Positions 38,020 to 47,089 of a stretch of DNA of 64,000 nucleotides are shown in pieces. A model generated the notes under the pieces. It saw only the letters and a program-made list of their open reading frames with translations. It did no database searches and was not told the DNA's origin. The translations under genes and the position numbers were made by a program. Position 1 is the stretch's first letter; the number at the start of each line of letters is the position of its first letter. Source of the stretch: an uncultured delta proteobacterium (lineage in GTDB: Bacteria; Myxococcota_A; Polyangia; Palsa-1104); assembly GCA_963785725.1 (NCBI GenBank), contig CAWAWS010000015.1, positions 64,001 to 128,000 of the forward strand, read 5' to 3'.

Positions 38020-39719
38020 CGGCGGCTCCCTCCGGCCGTTGACGGCTGGGCCGGCAGCGACGGGAATGACGACAACAGCATGCGCGTGTAGGCGTGCCGT
38101 TCGGGCGCGTGCAGCTCGGACGTCGGCGCCAGATCGAGCAGCTTGCCGCCATGCAGGACACCCACGCGCGACGCCAGCTGCATCACCAGCGGTAGATCGT
38201 GGGTAATGAACAGCACCGCGAAGCCGAGCCGCTTTTGCAGCGTCACCAGCCGCTCGAGAATCTGCCGCTGCACGACGACGTCGAGCGCCGTCGTCGGCTC
38301 GTCGAGGATGATGAGCTTCGGCTCGAGCGCCAGCGCCAGCGCCAGGCCGACGCGCTGGCGCATGCCGCCCGACAGCTGATGCGGCCAGGCGTCGACGAGG
38401 CGCGGCTCGAGCCCGACCATCGACAGCAGCGCCTGGGCGCGCTTGCGGGCGGCGGCGCGGTCGACGCGCTCATGGGCGGCGATGGTGTCGATGATCTGCG
38501 CGCCGACGGTGAGGACGGGGTTGAGCGCGCTCATGGCGCTCTGAAAGACCATCGACGCCTCGAGCCAGCGCCAGCGCCGCAAGGCCTCGCCCGACAAGGC
38601 GCGCACGTCCGCGCCGGCGACGACGAGCTGCCCGCCGATGGCGGCGTCTTCGGGCAGTAGGCCGAGCAGCGCGTGGCCGATCGTCGACTTGCCGCTGCCC
38701 GACTCGCCGACGAGCCCGAAGATCTCGCCGGCGGCGATGTCGAAGCTGACGTCGTCGACGACCTTGGCGCCGTTGGCATAAGCGACGGTCAGGTCGCGGA
38801 TGCGCACGAGCGGGCCGTCGGCCGCCATCGGCGCCGGCTTCGTCGCGGCCGACAGCGGCTCGGGTTGGCGGCGGCGCGCGCGCTGCGCCAGGCGCGGGTT
38901 GGTGACGGCGTCGAGCGCGAAGCTGACCAGCGTCAGCGCGAAGCCGAGCAGGGCCACGCACAACCCGGCCGGCACGAACGTCCACCAGGCGCCGGTGAGC
39001 AGCGCCGAGTCGTTGCTGGCCCAATACAGATTCGTGCCCCAGGTGACGGCGCCCAAGTCGCCGAGGCCGAGGAACTCGAGGCCGACCGACGCGCCGATGG
39101 CGTACAGCGTCGTGCCCACGAACGACGACGCCACGAGCGACGCCAGATTGGGCAGGATCTCGACGGCGATGATGCGCCAGCGCGGCTCGCCCGCCAGCGC
39201 CGCCGCCGCCACGAAGTCCTTTTGCCGCAAGGCCAGCGTCTCGGCGCGGAAGACGCGCGCGCCCCAAGCCCAGCCGGCCAAGGTCAGGACGACCGCCAGC
39301 CGAGTGGCGCCCGGCGGCAAGTAAGCGGCGAGCACGATGGCCAGCGGCAGGCCGGGAATGACCAAGAAGACGTTGGTCAAGACCGACGCGCCGTCGTCGA
39401 CGAGGCCGCCCAAGTAGCCGCCGCCGACGCCAATGATGACGCCCAACATCGTTACCAGGACGCCGACGGTGAGGCCGAGCGCCAGCGTCGCGCGTGCGCC
39501 GGCCAGCGTCTGCGCCAGCACGTCCTGCCCTTGGCCGCTCGTGCCCAGCCAGTGGTGCCACGACGGCGGCTGCAGCGGCACGTCGACGATGGCGCCGGCG
39601 TCGCCGGCGATGATGGGCCCGAACAGCGCCAGCAAGAGGAAGCCGCCGAGCAGCACGGCGCCGACGAGCGCGCGGCGATCCGCGAGCAGCCCCGAGCGCA
39701 TTTTGGCGACGCTAGCCAT
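38016..39719 (-). CDS. Fused OppC-type permease and OppD-type ATPase
   Basis: HWLGTSGQGQD and TM helices, then GESGSGKS, LSGGMRQR and DEPTTALD in one frame. Confidence 0.92.
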   Translation of the reverse strand: MASVAKMRSGLLADRRALVGAVLLGGFLLLALFGPIIAGDAGAIVDVPLQPPSWHHWLGTSGQGQDVLAQTLAGARATLALGLTVGVLVTMLGVIIGVGGGYLGGLVDDGASVLTNVFLVIPGLPLAIVLAAYLPPGATRLAVVLTLAGWAWGARVFRAETLALRQKDFVAAAALAGEPRWRIIAVEILPNLASLVASSFVGTTLYAIGASVGLEFLGLGDLGAVTWGTNLYWASNDSALLTGAWWTFVPAGLCVALLGFALTLVSFALDAVTNPRLAQRARRRQPEPLSAATKPAPMAADGPLVRIRDLTVAYANGAKVVDDVSFDIAAGEIFGLVGESGSGKSTIGHALLGLLPEDAAIGGQLVVAGADVRALSGEALRRWRWLEASMVFQSAMSALNPVLTVGAQIIDTIAAHERVDRAAARKRAQALLSMVGLEPRLVDAWPHQLSGGMRQRVGLALALALEPKLIILDEPTTALDVVVQRQILERLVTLQKRLGFAVLFITHDLPLVMQLASRVGVLHGGKLLDLAPTSELHAPERHAYTRMLLSSFPSLPAQPSTAGGSRR

Positions 39720-40695
39720 CCGCGCGCGTCCTCGGGTCGAGCCAGACGTACATGACGTCGACGGCGAAGTTGGCCGCCAGCACCGCCAGCGTGATCAGCA
39801 GAAACAGCCCTTGCATGAGCGCGTAGTCCTGATTGCGCACCGCCTGCACGAGCAGATAGCCGAGCCCCGGATACGAGAAGACGATCTCGGTGAGCAGCGA
39901 GCCCGAGAGCACGAAGCCGAGCGCCATGCCGAAGCCGGTGACGCTCGGCAAGAGCGCGTTGCGCGCGGCATAGCGCAGCAAAATGCGCGTCGGCGGCAGC
40001 CCTTTGGCCCACGCCAGGCGAATGAAGTCGGCGTCGAGCAGCGCCACCATCGTGTTGCGCATGCCGAGCATCCAGCCGCCGAGCGTCGCCAGCACCAGCG
40101 TCGCCGCCGGCAGCATGGCGTGCCGAAGCACGTCGCCAATGAAGTTGATGCTGGTCCAGTCCGGCTCGCGCGCGAGGCTGTAGGCGTGGCCGAGCGGAAA
40201 CCAGCGCAGCCCGTAGCCGAAAATGAGCAGCATCAGCATGGCGAGCCAGAAGTAGGGGACGGCGCCGAGGAGCGCGAGCGCCGGCGGCAAGGCCGTGTCG
40301 AGGATGCCGCCGCGACGCCAAGCCGCGAGCGCGCCGAGCAAGGTGCCGATGACGAAGGCGACGATGACGGCGGCGCCGGTCAAGGCCAGCGTCCAGCCGA
40401 GCCCGGTGGCGATGACGTCGGCGACCGGCACCGGATAATAGGCGATCGACAGCCCGAATTCGCCGCGCAAGAGATGGTGCCAATAGGCCGCGTACTGCGT
40501 CGCCAGCGAGCCTTGCGCGAAGCCGAGCGCCTCGCGCATCGCCAAGAGCGCCTCGGGCGACAGCTTGCCGCGCAGTCGCGCCAGCAGCGTCGTCGCCGGA
40601 TCGCCGGGCATGAGGCGCGGCAAGACGAAGCCGAGCGTCACCGCCGCCCAGGCCGCGACCGTGTACAAGCCGAGCCGACGCAGTAAGTAGCGCAT
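39712..40695 (-). CDS. OppB-type ABC permease
   Basis: PRLMPGDP, AWAKGL, RNALLP and EIVFSYPGLG motifs. Confidence 0.95.
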   Translation of the reverse strand: MRYLLRRLGLYTVAAWAAVTLGFVLPRLMPGDPATTLLARLRGKLSPEALLAMREALGFAQGSLATQYAAYWHHLLRGEFGLSIAYYPVPVADVIATGLGWTLALTGAAVIVAFVIGTLLGALAAWRRGGILDTALPPALALLGAVPYFWLAMLMLLIFGYGLRWFPLGHAYSLAREPDWTSINFIGDVLRHAMLPAATLVLATLGGWMLGMRNTMVALLDADFIRLAWAKGLPPTRILLRYAARNALLPSVTGFGMALGFVLSGSLLTEIVFSYPGLGYLLVQAVRNQDYALMQGLFLLITLAVLAANFAVDVMYVWLDPRTRADG

Positions 40696-40698
40696 CGC

Positions 40699-42345
40699 CT
40701 ACTGCGCCCTCGGCTTGAGCGTCGTCAGCACCAGCAGATCCTCGGGATCGGAGAACGGCGACAGCTTGGCGAAGGGATGGTCCGCCGTCGGAAAGCCGGT
40801 GATGCGCCGCGTGTTGTAGGCGCCCCACAATGGATTCGCGAACAGCGGGATCGCCGGCGCCACGGCCGCGAAACGCTGCTCCAGCTGGTTGACGATGGCG
40901 TGCTGCCGCGCGACGTCGTCGGTGCGCTCGAGCTCGGCGAAGAGCGCGTCGGCCGCTTTGTCGCCGACGCGGTTCCAGTTGGTCGTCGCCAATTCGCCCA
41001 GCGGCTTGACGTCGCGCGAGCCCATGAGCCAGCGGTAGACGTAGTAGGGCGTCGGCGCGTCGAACGAGAAGGCGAGGCCGGGGCAGGCGACCGAGAGCTG
41101 GAAGTCGCCCGCCTGCAGCCGCCGAAACCAGGCGCTCCATTCGTACGCGCGCAGCTCGGCAGTGACGCCGACCTTGGCCAGATCGCGGGCGACGACCTGC
41201 GCGGCGCGCACCCAGTCGCTCCAGCCGCTGACGACTTCGATCGTAAAGTGCATCGGCGCGCCGTCTTTGCCGTGCCGAAGGCCGTCTTTGCCGAGCGGAA
41301 AGCCGGCTTCGTCGAGCAGCTTGCCGGCGGCGGCGGGATCGTGGCCGACCCAGCCGTCGGCGACGACCGCCGGATCGCGCCACGTCGCGTAGACGTCGGA
41401 CAGGCCGGTGGCGTCGGCGGGATGGCTGTAGCCGTACATGCCGATGGCGACGACGCGCTCGCGGTCGATCGCCAAGCTCAACGCCTTGCGCACGCGGACG
41501 TCGTCGAACGGCGCCTTCAACGCGTTGGGATAGAGGAAGACCATCGAGCCCATCGGCGGGAACCAAAAGCCGTTGTGCTGGGGATCGCGGGCCACGAACG
41601 TGCGCTGCACCGCCGGCACGAAGTTGCCCGCCCAGTCGACCTCGCCGTCGACGAGCGCCAGGTTCGCCTGGTCGTTCGACGGATAGGCGATCATGCGCAG
41701 CGCCGCCAGCTCCGGCTTACCCGCCTGCCAGTAACGCGGATTGCGCCCCAATTCCCACACTTGGTTGCGAAAGACGCGCACCTCCGTGAACGGCCCGGTG
41801 CCGACCGGGTTCGGATTGGTGAACGTCATCGGGTCGGCGATGCGGCTCCAGATGTGCTCGGGCAGCATCGGCTGCTGCACCAGCTCGACCAGCCCGGGCA
41901 CGAACGGCCGCTGCAGCGTCAGCTCGACGGTGTGCGCGTCGATCGCGCGCACGCCCGACAGGAATTCCCACAGGCCGTTGGAGTCGAGCGCGCGGTGCTG
42001 ATGGATGAGCTCGTAGCTGAAGACGACGTCGCCGGCGCCAAAAGGCTGGCCGTCGGACCAATGCACGCCGTCGCGCAGATGCAGCGTCAGCGTCAGGTGA
42101 TCGGCCGACCAGGCGTAATCGGTGGCGAGCCACGGCACCCACGTACCGGCGACGGCGTTCCAGATGACGAGCGGCTCGTAAATCCCGCCGCGCGTCGGCC
42201 AGCGCGCCGAGCCGACCAAGAGTGGATTGAAGTTGCGGACCCAGGCGCTCGCTTGCTCGACCGAGACGGTCATGACGTCGCGTGCCGTCGGCGGCGGCGC
42301 GGCACAGCCGGCGGCGACCAAGACGAGCGCGAGCGCGCGTTTCAT
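40699..42345 (-). CDS. ABC substrate-binding lipoprotein, family 5 (probably oligosaccharide-binding)
   Basis: AAGC lipobox; RNFNP, IYEPL, WSDGQPF, PVGTGPF and GWSDW motifs; ATG 42345 overlaps the GH16 stop. Confidence 0.92.
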   Translation of the reverse strand: MKRALALVLVAAGCAAPPPTARDVMTVSVEQASAWVRNFNPLLVGSARWPTRGGIYEPLVIWNAVAGTWVPWLATDYAWSADHLTLTLHLRDGVHWSDGQPFGAGDVVFSYELIHQHRALDSNGLWEFLSGVRAIDAHTVELTLQRPFVPGLVELVQQPMLPEHIWSRIADPMTFTNPNPVGTGPFTEVRVFRNQVWELGRNPRYWQAGKPELAALRMIAYPSNDQANLALVDGEVDWAGNFVPAVQRTFVARDPQHNGFWFPPMGSMVFLYPNALKAPFDDVRVRKALSLAIDRERVVAIGMYGYSHPADATGLSDVYATWRDPAVVADGWVGHDPAAAGKLLDEAGFPLGKDGLRHGKDGAPMHFTIEVVSGWSDWVRAAQVVARDLAKVGVTAELRAYEWSAWFRRLQAGDFQLSVACPGLAFSFDAPTPYYVYRWLMGSRDVKPLGELATTNWNRVGDKAADALFAELERTDDVARQHAIVNQLEQRFAAVAPAIPLFANPLWGAYNTRRITGFPTADHPFAKLSPFSDPEDLLVLTTLKPRAQ

Positions 42346-43232
42346 TGCGCCGCCGGCGCGTAGACGCGGACGTAGTCGACGAGCAGCGTCTGCGGAAAGA
42401 CCGTCGTGGCGTCGGGCGAGCCGACGAAGTTGCCGCCGACCGCCAAGTTCAAGAGCACGCCGAACGGATGGTCGTAGACCCACTGATCGCCGGCCGGAAT
42501 CTGCGCCGGCGTGATCGAGAAGTAGGGATTGCCGTCGACCTGGAAGATGATGCGATCCGAGATCCACTCGACGGCGTAGACATGGAAACCGTCGCTGAGC
42601 GGCGCGCCGGGAACATCGGTCGTCGACGTGATGGCGTTGCCGCCTGAGTAGCCGGGGCCGTGCACGGTGCCGTGCACGGTGCTCGGATCTTGGCCCTTGG
42701 TCTCGACGACGTCAATCTCGCCGCACATCGGCCAGCCGGCGCTCGCGTAGTTGTTGCCGAGCATCCAGAACGCCGGCCACATGCCTTGGCCCGTCGGCAC
42801 CTGCATGCGCGCCTCGAAGCGGCCGAAGGCGTTGGTGTACTTCGACAGCGTGTTGATGCGGCCCGAGGTGTAGCTCTTGCCCATGTACGCCTCTTGCCGG
42901 GCGACGATGGCGAGGTGGCCGTTGCCGTCGAGCGCGACGTTGGACGTCCGCGACGTGTAGTACTCGAGCTCTTGGTTGCCCCAGCCCGTGCCGCCGACGT
43001 CGAAGGTCCACTTCGTCGGGTCGGGCGAGCTGCCGGCGGCGCCGTCGAACTCGTCGTGCCACAAGAGCGTGCGGCCGGCCAAGACGCCGGCGTCGTCGTT
43101 GCTCGAGTAATACGTCGATTGCGACAGGTCGGCCGGGATCGCCATGTCGGGATAGAGCGGATCCGGCTTACAGCCCGCCGTCAAAAGTGCGACGAGACCG
43201 GCCGACCACGTCATGACGGCGGCGGGCTTCAC
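42342..43232 (-). CDS. GH16 laminarinase-type endo-beta-1,3-glucanase, lipoprotein
   Basis: WHDEF, GWGNQELEYY, WPAFWMLG, catalytic GEIDVVE and NLAVGG motifs; TAGC lipobox. Confidence 0.93.
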   Translation of the reverse strand: MKPAAVMTWSAGLVALLTAGCKPDPLYPDMAIPADLSQSTYYSSNDDAGVLAGRTLLWHDEFDGAAGSSPDPTKWTFDVGGTGWGNQELEYYTSRTSNVALDGNGHLAIVARQEAYMGKSYTSGRINTLSKYTNAFGRFEARMQVPTGQGMWPAFWMLGNNYASAGWPMCGEIDVVETKGQDPSTVHGTVHGPGYSGGNAITSTTDVPGAPLSDGFHVYAVEWISDRIIFQVDGNPYFSITPAQIPAGDQWVYDHPFGVLLNLAVGGNFVGSPDATTVFPQTLLVDYVRVYAPAAQ

Positions 43233-44452
43233 GCGAGCGCCAGCGCCTGGTTGGGGAAGATGGAGCGATCGCGCAGCGCCGCTTGCAGCACCAGCGTCGC
43301 GGCGCCGACCGCGATCGCCTGATCGCCGAGCTGGCTGGTGACGAGCCGCGTCTCCGCCACCGACGTCGACAATGCCCGCGCGCGGACGGTGTCACGCAAT
43401 CGATCGAGCAGGAGCTCGCCGACGCTCGTGATCTCGCCGCCGAACACGACGACCGCCGGGTTCATGAGGTTCAGAAGGCCGGCGACGGCGATGCCGAGAT
43501 AGTGGCCGACGTCCTCGACGATCGAGCGCGAGACCGCGTCGCCTTCGAGCGCGCCTTTGATGATGTCGGCAATCGTTGGCGTGCGGTTGAGATCGCGGCC
43601 GACGCGCTCTTTGGCGCGGTTGCGTAAGGCTTCGGAGCCGATGAGCATGGTGAGGCAGCCGTTCAAGCCGCAGATGCAGCGCGGTCCCGACGGATCGACG
43701 GCGAGGTGGCCGATCTCGCCGGCGGTGCCGCCCGAGCCGCGATAGACCTCGCCGCGGATGACGTAGCCGGCGCCGATGCCGGTGGCGATCTTGATGTAGG
43801 TGAGGTCGTCGCCGGAGCGGCCGGCGCCCCACCAGTTCTCCGAGAGCGCGCCCAAGTTGGCGTCGTTGTCGACGAAGACGGGCACGTCGTAGGCGCCGGC
43901 CAGGTGCGCCTGCACGTCGTAGCCGCTCCAGGCGGGCAAGATCATCGACGACAAGCGGCCGGGCGCGCTCGGATGGACCGGGCTCGGCACGGCCATGCCG
44001 ATGCCGAGCAGCCGCCGCCGCGACACGCGCTCGACGCGCAGGCAGTCGTCGATGAACTCGCGCACGAGGCCGAGCGCGCCTTCGGGATCGGTCTGCACGG
44101 CGAACGCGCCGTGCCGCGCCGTCTGCACTTGGCCGCGCAGGTTGGTCAGCGTCACCAAGACGTGGCTGGCGCCGAGCTCGACGCCGATGATGGCGAAGGC
44201 GTCGTCGCAGAAGCCGAGGAGGGTGGGGCGACGGCCGCCGCGCGACAGGCCGGCGCCGTTCGATTGCACGAGGCCCGAGCGCTCGAGGTCGCCCACGATG
44301 GCCGACACCGTCGACGGGCTCAAGCCCGTGCGCCGCGCCAAGTCGGCGCGCGAAATCTCGCGCGCCCGCCAGATCAGGTTCAATAGCAGCGCGCTGTTGC
44401 GAGCGCGCATGCCTTGGGCGTCGACGGTCGTCTGTTCGATATCAGCGGCCAT
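43229..44452 (-). CDS. ROK family transcriptional repressor (XylR/NagC-like)
   Basis: N-terminal HTH (SRADLARRTGLSPSTVS, GGRRP), DNDAN and GEIGH...CICGLNGC motifs. Confidence 0.95.
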   Translation of the reverse strand: MAADIEQTTVDAQGMRARNSALLLNLIWRAREISRADLARRTGLSPSTVSAIVGDLERSGLVQSNGAGLSRGGRRPTLLGFCDDAFAIIGVELGASHVLVTLTNLRGQVQTARHGAFAVQTDPEGALGLVREFIDDCLRVERVSRRRLLGIGMAVPSPVHPSAPGRLSSMILPAWSGYDVQAHLAGAYDVPVFVDNDANLGALSENWWGAGRSGDDLTYIKIATGIGAGYVIRGEVYRGSGGTAGEIGHLAVDPSGPRCICGLNGCLTMLIGSEALRNRAKERVGRDLNRTPTIADIIKGALEGDAVSRSIVEDVGHYLGIAVAGLLNLMNPAVVVFGGEITSVGELLLDRLRDTVRARALSTSVAETRLVTSQLGDQAIAVGAATLVLQAALRDRSIFPNQALALA

Positions 44453-44466
44453 GCGGCACGATCTCC

Positions 44467-44491
44467 TCTTCGTTCGGTTATCGAAAGAAGG
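44467..44491. promoter_or_regulatory. Putative degenerate ROK operator upstream of the repressor gene
   Basis: TCTTCGTT-N9-AAAGAAGG; same CTTnnTT-N9-AAnnAAG core as the two stronger sites. Confidence 0.5.
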
Positions 44492-45706
44492 TCAGCGCCA
44501 CTGCACGCCGATGATGTCCAGGCTCGTCCCGGCCCCACCGACGCTCCAACCGAAGCCGCCGACCACGTGGGCGCCATAAGCGCCGCCCACGCCCAAGGTA
44601 TACAACGTCGGCGTCGTGGTCATGACGGCGTTGATCTTGGTGGCGAAGTTGTCCTTGCCGAGGCCGGCGAAGAAGGAGACGATCTCGCCGCCGGCGGCCG
44701 TCCAGGCGTAGAAGCTGACCTCGGTGTAGCCGGCCGGGATGGCCGCACCGACGGGATCGGTGGCGCCGCCCCAGTTGCCCGACGGGCTCTGCCAATAGAC
44801 GCCGGCCCAGCCGTTGGTGGGCGCGCCGCCGTCAATGGTCGGATTCCAAACAAAGTGGTGGCAGCCGCTGGCGCCCATGACGGTCGGCGTGCAGGTGGGC
44901 TCGTCGACCAGCTCGCCGGGATTGGCGCCGTCGCCCATGTAGCCGGCGGCGACGAAGTTGGTGTCGATGGCGAACGCCTTGGGCGACACGCCCGTCGACG
45001 GCGCGGCCCAGACGATGTCGTCGATGTTGAAGGTCGCGGCCGGAGCGGCGCCGGCCTGCGTCTCCCAGCGGAAGGCGCTGATCGTCGTCGCGCCGTAGAT
45101 GTTGCTGACGCCGAGCGTGTACAGCGTCGGCGTCGTCGTCAGCGTGACGTCGAGCTCGCTCGTGGCCGGCGTGCCGGTCACTTTCGAGTCGACGCCGTCG
45201 CCGGCGAAGAAGCTCAGCTTCTCGCCGCCGGCCGCGCCCCACGCGTAAAACTGCACCTGCGTGTAGCCGGCGGGAAGGGCGTAGCCGGGCATCTCCGACG
45301 GTCCGGGCCAGTTGTTGGCCGGGTACTGCCACAAGATGCCGGCATAGCCGCCGGCGCTCGACGCCGGAACGTAGGCGATGTGATGACAAGTGCCGCGTCC
45401 GGCGCCGCCGCGCGTGGGACAGCTCGGCGTATCGGAGAGCGACGCGCCGTTGTCGCTGTAGTAGCCGCTGGCCGCGTAGGTGCTGTCGACGATGAAGGGC
45501 GCCGGCCCTTGGTTCGGCGCCGACAAGTCGGGTGGGGTCGACATGTCGGCTTCGACCGACACGGACATGTCGTGCGTGTTGCTGACGACTGCCAGATCGC
45601 CGCCTTCGGTCATGTCGGCAGCGGCGCCTGAGTGACCGCCGCCGCCACAGCCAACAGCGACGAGGAGCGGCATTACGAGCCAGCTGGACAGCGAGCGCTT
45701 GGACAT
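44492..45706 (-). CDS. Lipoprotein with two tandem CBM-like domains
   Basis: AVGC lipobox; duplicated domain (AASGY...AGILWQYPANNW and AAGY...AGVYWQSPSGNW). Confidence 0.8.
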   Translation of the reverse strand: MSKRSLSSWLVMPLLVAVGCGGGGHSGAAADMTEGGDLAVVSNTHDMSVSVEADMSTPPDLSAPNQGPAPFIVDSTYAASGYYSDNGASLSDTPSCPTRGGAGRGTCHHIAYVPASSAGGYAGILWQYPANNWPGPSEMPGYALPAGYTQVQFYAWGAAGGEKLSFFAGDGVDSKVTGTPATSELDVTLTTTPTLYTLGVSNIYGATTISAFRWETQAGAAPAATFNIDDIVWAAPSTGVSPKAFAIDTNFVAAGYMGDGANPGELVDEPTCTPTVMGASGCHHFVWNPTIDGGAPTNGWAGVYWQSPSGNWGGATDPVGAAIPAGYTEVSFYAWTAAGGEIVSFFAGLGKDNFATKINAVMTTTPTLYTLGVGGAYGAHVVGGFGWSVGGAGTSLDIIGVQWR

Positions 45707-45716
45707 GACAACCTCG

Positions 45717-45741
45717 ACTTAGTTGCGACGAAAAACAAAGT
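45717..45741. promoter_or_regulatory. Putative ROK operator for the leftward operon
   Basis: ACTTAGTT-N9-AACAAAGT near-perfect palindrome; overlaps minus-strand TTGCGT-N16-TACTTT (45764-45737). Confidence 0.75.
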
Positions 45742-45970
45742 ACACTCCGTGAAAACCGACGCAAGCCAAATCGTGTCAGTCAGTCGAACACGCTAGTTGT
45801 TCCATTTTCGAGACGCCCAGCGTCAAGGTCGCTCAGCGCTAAAGGACTTAAAATAAGCGTCAAATGGAGCTGCGCGTCAATCGCGTGAACTTCAACGAGT
45901 TGCCTCGGTTCACACTTTCGTCGCCGCGCCGCGTCTGTCGATTCCGATTGAAATGTAGTCGCTATTTACT

Positions 45971-45995
45971 ACTTTGTTTTTTGATCGAACTAACT
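45971..45995. promoter_or_regulatory. Putative ROK operator for the rightward operon
   Basis: ACTTTGTT-N9-AACTAACT; overlaps TTGAAA-N16-TACTTT (45948-45975). Confidence 0.72.
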
Positions 45996-46013
45996 TAACG
46001 CGGAGGACATGAA

Positions 46014-47069
46014 ATGGCTACGCGCACCCTTTTGCCGTCGCTGTTGCTGATGCCGTTGATGGTCAGCTGCTCCTCCAGCGCGACAAAAGCTGTCTCGAAG
46101 ATGGGACAACCGGATCTCGCTTCTTCGCCCTTAGACTTGTCGAGTACGACGACGCTGATGCAGGACATGACGACAGTGCCTTTCGATCTGTCGTTGCTCG
46201 CGCCGCCCAACATCCGCACGGCGCCGACGACGGGCGCGTACTTGGGCGCGTTCGTCGGCGTGGGCACCGCTTCGACGGCCGACTTTCAGTCCGAAGAGCA
46301 GCTGATCGCCCGGCCGTGGGTCATCGACAACACGTTCTACTCGACGGAAGACTGGGGCACGCTGCGCGCCCCGTGGGACATCGCGAACCATAAGGTCCCG
46401 CACATCACCTGGCAGCCGGCCGACTCGCTCGACGACATCATCGCCGGCACGGCCGACCCGCTCTATCACACGCGCGCCGCCGAGGCGAAGGCGTTCGGCG
46501 CCGACTTCTTCCTGCGCTGGGGCCACGAAATGAACGGCAACTGGTACCCGTGGGCGGGCGTCAACAACGGCGGCTCGGGCGTCGGACCGCAGAAGTACAT
46601 CCAGGCCTGGCAGCACGTGCACGATCTCTTCGTCGCCGACGGCGTCACCAACGTGCAGTGGGTGTGGTGTCCCATCGTCACCGACGTTCCATCGGACGCG
46701 TGGAACCACTGGACCAACTATTACCCCGGCGACGCCTACGTCGATTGGGTCGGCATCGACACCTACAACTGGGGCACGTCGTCGTCCTGCTGCGTGTGGG
46801 AATCCTTCACCGATCTGACGCAGGCGCTCTACAGCGACTACGCCGGCAAGAAGCCGATCATCATCTCCGAGATGTCGTCGGCCGAGCTCGGCGGCAACAA
46901 GGCGGCGTGGATCGACGACTTCCACACGCAGATGAAAACCAATTTCACCGGAATCAAAGCGGTCGTTTGGTTCGATATCAACAAAGAGACCGATTGGCGC
47001 ATCGACTCTTCGGCACCGACGCTGGCGGCCTACAAGGCGCTGGCGCTCGATCCTTATTTCAATCCGTAA
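46014..47069 (+). CDS. GH26-like glycoside hydrolase, lipoprotein
   Basis: GGAGG RBS and MVSC lipobox; LRWGHEMNGNWYPW, YYPGDAYVDWVGIDTYN and KPIIISE motifs. Confidence 0.88.
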   Translation: MATRTLLPSLLLMPLMVSCSSSATKAVSKMGQPDLASSPLDLSSTTTLMQDMTTVPFDLSLLAPPNIRTAPTTGAYLGAFVGVGTASTADFQSEEQLIARPWVIDNTFYSTEDWGTLRAPWDIANHKVPHITWQPADSLDDIIAGTADPLYHTRAAEAKAFGADFFLRWGHEMNGNWYPWAGVNNGGSGVGPQKYIQAWQHVHDLFVADGVTNVQWVWCPIVTDVPSDAWNHWTNYYPGDAYVDWVGIDTYNWGTSSSCCVWESFTDLTQALYSDYAGKKPIIISEMSSAELGGNKAAWIDDFHTQMKTNFTGIKAVVWFDINKETDWRIDSSAPTLAAYKALALDPYFNP

Positions 47070-47089
47070 CGTTTACTTGGGAGGCGAAC

